Source: Haliotis cracherodii (lineage: Eukaryota). From it: DNA of 64,000 nt. Below the pieces are notes generated by a model, which saw only the letters and a program-made list of their open reading frames with translations, was not told the DNA's origin and ran no database searches. A program made the position numbers and the translations under genes. Within the stretch, counting starts at the first letter, position 1. Each line of letters starts with the position of its first letter. Shown here one piece after another: positions 61,712 to 64,000 of this stretch. Location of the stretch: assembly GCF_022045235.1 (NCBI RefSeq), contig NW_027266270.1, forward strand, positions 26,040,001 to 26,104,000. The letters run 5' to 3'.

Positions 61712-61965
61712 GGGGGCACGGGTGGCTCAGTCGTCTAAGGAGCCGCGATTCGCTGTGCAGAGTTGCGTCCCTTGGGCACGCCGGAAAACTGTGATTTTTG
61801 GTTCGAATCCCGGTTCACAGCCGTTTATGTTTCTAGGTTTATCAGCACCTTACCCGTGCTCGTCCATGACCTGCATCAACTTTCCTCCCACATTAAGCTG
61901 ACACACCGTCATATAACTGGCATACTGTTAAAAGCGGCGTTTAACCCATCTCACTCACTCACTCT
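61712..61965 (+). mobile_element. SINE family B copy with internal deletion
   Basis: Head and (ACTC)n tail intact. Confidence 0.85.
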
Positions 61966-62689
61966 TTCGAGTAGTATAGGAAAGTAAAGGAGTGGTGCTT
62001 AACTTTTGTTCAGGTGTATATATCCAATATTGGTGCCTGAGTCCAAATGTGACTGTTAAGTCCCATAGGATCGAATCCCAGCTTCGACCCGGGTATGACA
62101 TTTGGTGTGTCGACACCAAGCCCTTTGCTGTACCGCCAACAAAGTTATAACTTCTAGGACTTCAACGATGTGTGCTTCGATAAAATCTGAACTGAAAATA
62201 CTGTTAGAAATTGCGTTACACCTAACCCATTATTGACGCATGGACATTGTGTTTGAACGGAACGTATACTGTATTGTTTTGCTGTAACATACACGGCCAT
62301 TTTGCTCTTTGATGAACATAACGTGAAAGTTTCAAAAGATGATGCTGGTGACGGAAGATTGACGTTTTGGCGGGTACTTGACCTCGAACATCTAAGTGAT
62401 CAAACCATCTACATTTATCACAGTGTAAATTTGAGATAAGCTTTGAAATCAATGCTATATCGATTCTCTTTAGTTGAGTCGGTGCAATGCAATTAGTACC
62501 TACTGACTGGGTATATTGAAAGTATATTTTAAATGTCAATTATACAATATCAGTATTCAGTGTACTTAACACCGTCCCGAAGTCAAGTTTCTTTTAGGCA
62601 CGTGTGATTTATAACGACGCATAACTATACTACACAAAAGAAGTTAGAGAACACCAGATTCAGTATATTACTGTAGTTAACCTGTCATG

Positions 62690-62966
62690 TGAGTGAGTGA
62701 GTTGGGTTTAACGCCGCTTTTAACAGTAGTCCAGTTATATCGCGGCGTGTCAACTTAATGTGGGAGGAAGGCCCGAAGTGATGCAGGTCTCAGACGTTTA
62801 CCACTTCGGTGAAACCCACGAGCACGGGTATGGTGCTGACAAACCTAGAAACATAATCGGGGCGAACCGGGATTCGAACCCACAATCATAGGTTTCCCGT
62901 GCCCAAGGGACGCAACTCAGCACAGCGAATCGCGGCGCCTTAGACGACTGGGCCACCCGTGCCCCC
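62690..62966 (-). mobile_element. SINE family B (tRNA-Leu-like head), full-length copy
   Basis: A box TGGCCCAGTCGTCTAAGGCG, B box GGTTCGAATCC, (ACTC)n tail, 12-bp TSD TAACCTGTCATG (62678-62689 / 62967-62978). Other copies near 147, 1334, 12675, 19773, 27790(-), 28700, 31960, 52328, 61712, 63008. Confidence 0.9.
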
Positions 62967-63322
62967 TAACCTGTCATGAGTAATTACATAGTAACATGAA
63001 GGAATCGGGGGTTCGCCCCGGTTATTATTCTAGGTTTGTCAGCACCATACACATGCTCGTGGGGTGAGTGTGATAGTGTGAGACCTGCATCACCTCATGC
63101 TTTCTTCCCACATTAAGCTGACACGCCGTAATATAACTTGAATACTGTTCAAAGCGGAGTTAACCCAACTCACTTACTGAAAGAATCGGGTGTTCTTTAA
63201 CTGTTTTAGCTCTCTATATTAGTATGATAGAATTAAGAACTATATTATTATGATATTGATAACGTAGATATATATTTTAGCACTTCAACCAATCATGTTC
63301 TTTGTTGTAGAATGCCTTAACA

Positions 63323-63587
63323 GACCCGTGAAGATCCGGGGTAGAATAGGTCTTCAGCAACCCATGCTTGCCGTAAAAGGCGACTATGCTTGTCGTAAGA
63401 GGCGACTAACGGGATCGGGTGGTCAGGCTCGCTGACTTGGTTGATTCATGTCATCGTATCCCAATTGCGTGTATCGATGCTCACGATATCAATCACTGAA
63501 TTGTCTGGTCCAGACTCGATTATTTACAGACCGCCGTCATATAGCTGGAATATTTCTGAGTGCTGCGTTAAACAACCAACAAACAGC
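63323..63587 (+). mobile_element. SINE-like family D (no obvious tRNA head), full-length copy
   Basis: 11-bp TSD ATGCCTTAACA, (AAAC)n tail. Other copies near 8785(-), 10356(-), 31273, 45098, 46190, 47000, 48332, 52265, 57695, 58826. Confidence 0.88.
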
Positions 63588-64000
63588 ATGCCTTAACAAA
63601 GTTGTTATATAACTGTTGATTAGCTAACGGAACATGTCCCGTTAGACTTATGCTGCTGGCCGACGAGGCGTTATTGTGTTTTGTCTTATGTTGTGAAATG
63701 GGTTTACACGAGCGTGTACAGACTTCAGTTTTAGTCCCATTGAAACATGTTCGCAGCCATTACATTATATTGCATGTTAGAATAAAGACGAATGTTAAAT
63801 ATTAGGCCACAAAAAATGTTTCTCAGGACAGGCTTTTCTTCGTTCCTGTTATTAAAACCGCAAGTGTGTACATTGTCTTATTGTCAGACAGGGAATGAAA
63901 GAAGACAACCAGAGACACTGGACAAGAGTGAGTATTTAATTCAAACAAGGACAATGTTGAAAGTACAATGAAAATTGTACATGATCCCTGGGCTGTCGCG

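Overview
Eukaryotic, AT-rich, repeat-dense animal DNA from a draft assembly with five N-gaps. The SINE/MITE repertoire suggests a mollusc (inference). One + strand protein-coding gene dominates: a type-B leucine-rich-repeat GPCR, most similar to the bursicon receptor rickets/DLGR2 and related to vertebrate LGR4/5/6. I assembled it by hand from 19 GT-AG exons (28063-61096, 4036 nt, about 1345 aa, one continuous frame); the ORF track misses most of them. The protein has ~17 LRRs in 66-144 nt phase-2 exons, a YAYHCC cap, an acidic hinge, a 7TM domain split over four exons, and a ~530-aa motif-rich cytoplasmic tail. I could not find the signal-peptide/LRRNT first exon, so 1-28062 is probably first intron. 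The rest of the window holds four SINE families (three share one 3' tail), IS3EU-, hAT-, mariner-, pogo- and Harbinger-type non-autonomous DNA elements, mariner and Penelope-like fossils, long hairpins and many satellites. The most notable observations are a candidate recursive-splicing exon (AG|GTGAGT), a SINE insertion that duplicated a splice donor, IS3EU-type MITEs (one with an in-window empty site), and a chimeric SINE insertion. I see no CRISPR array, rRNA or genuine tRNA gene, and no clearly novel multi-gene system.
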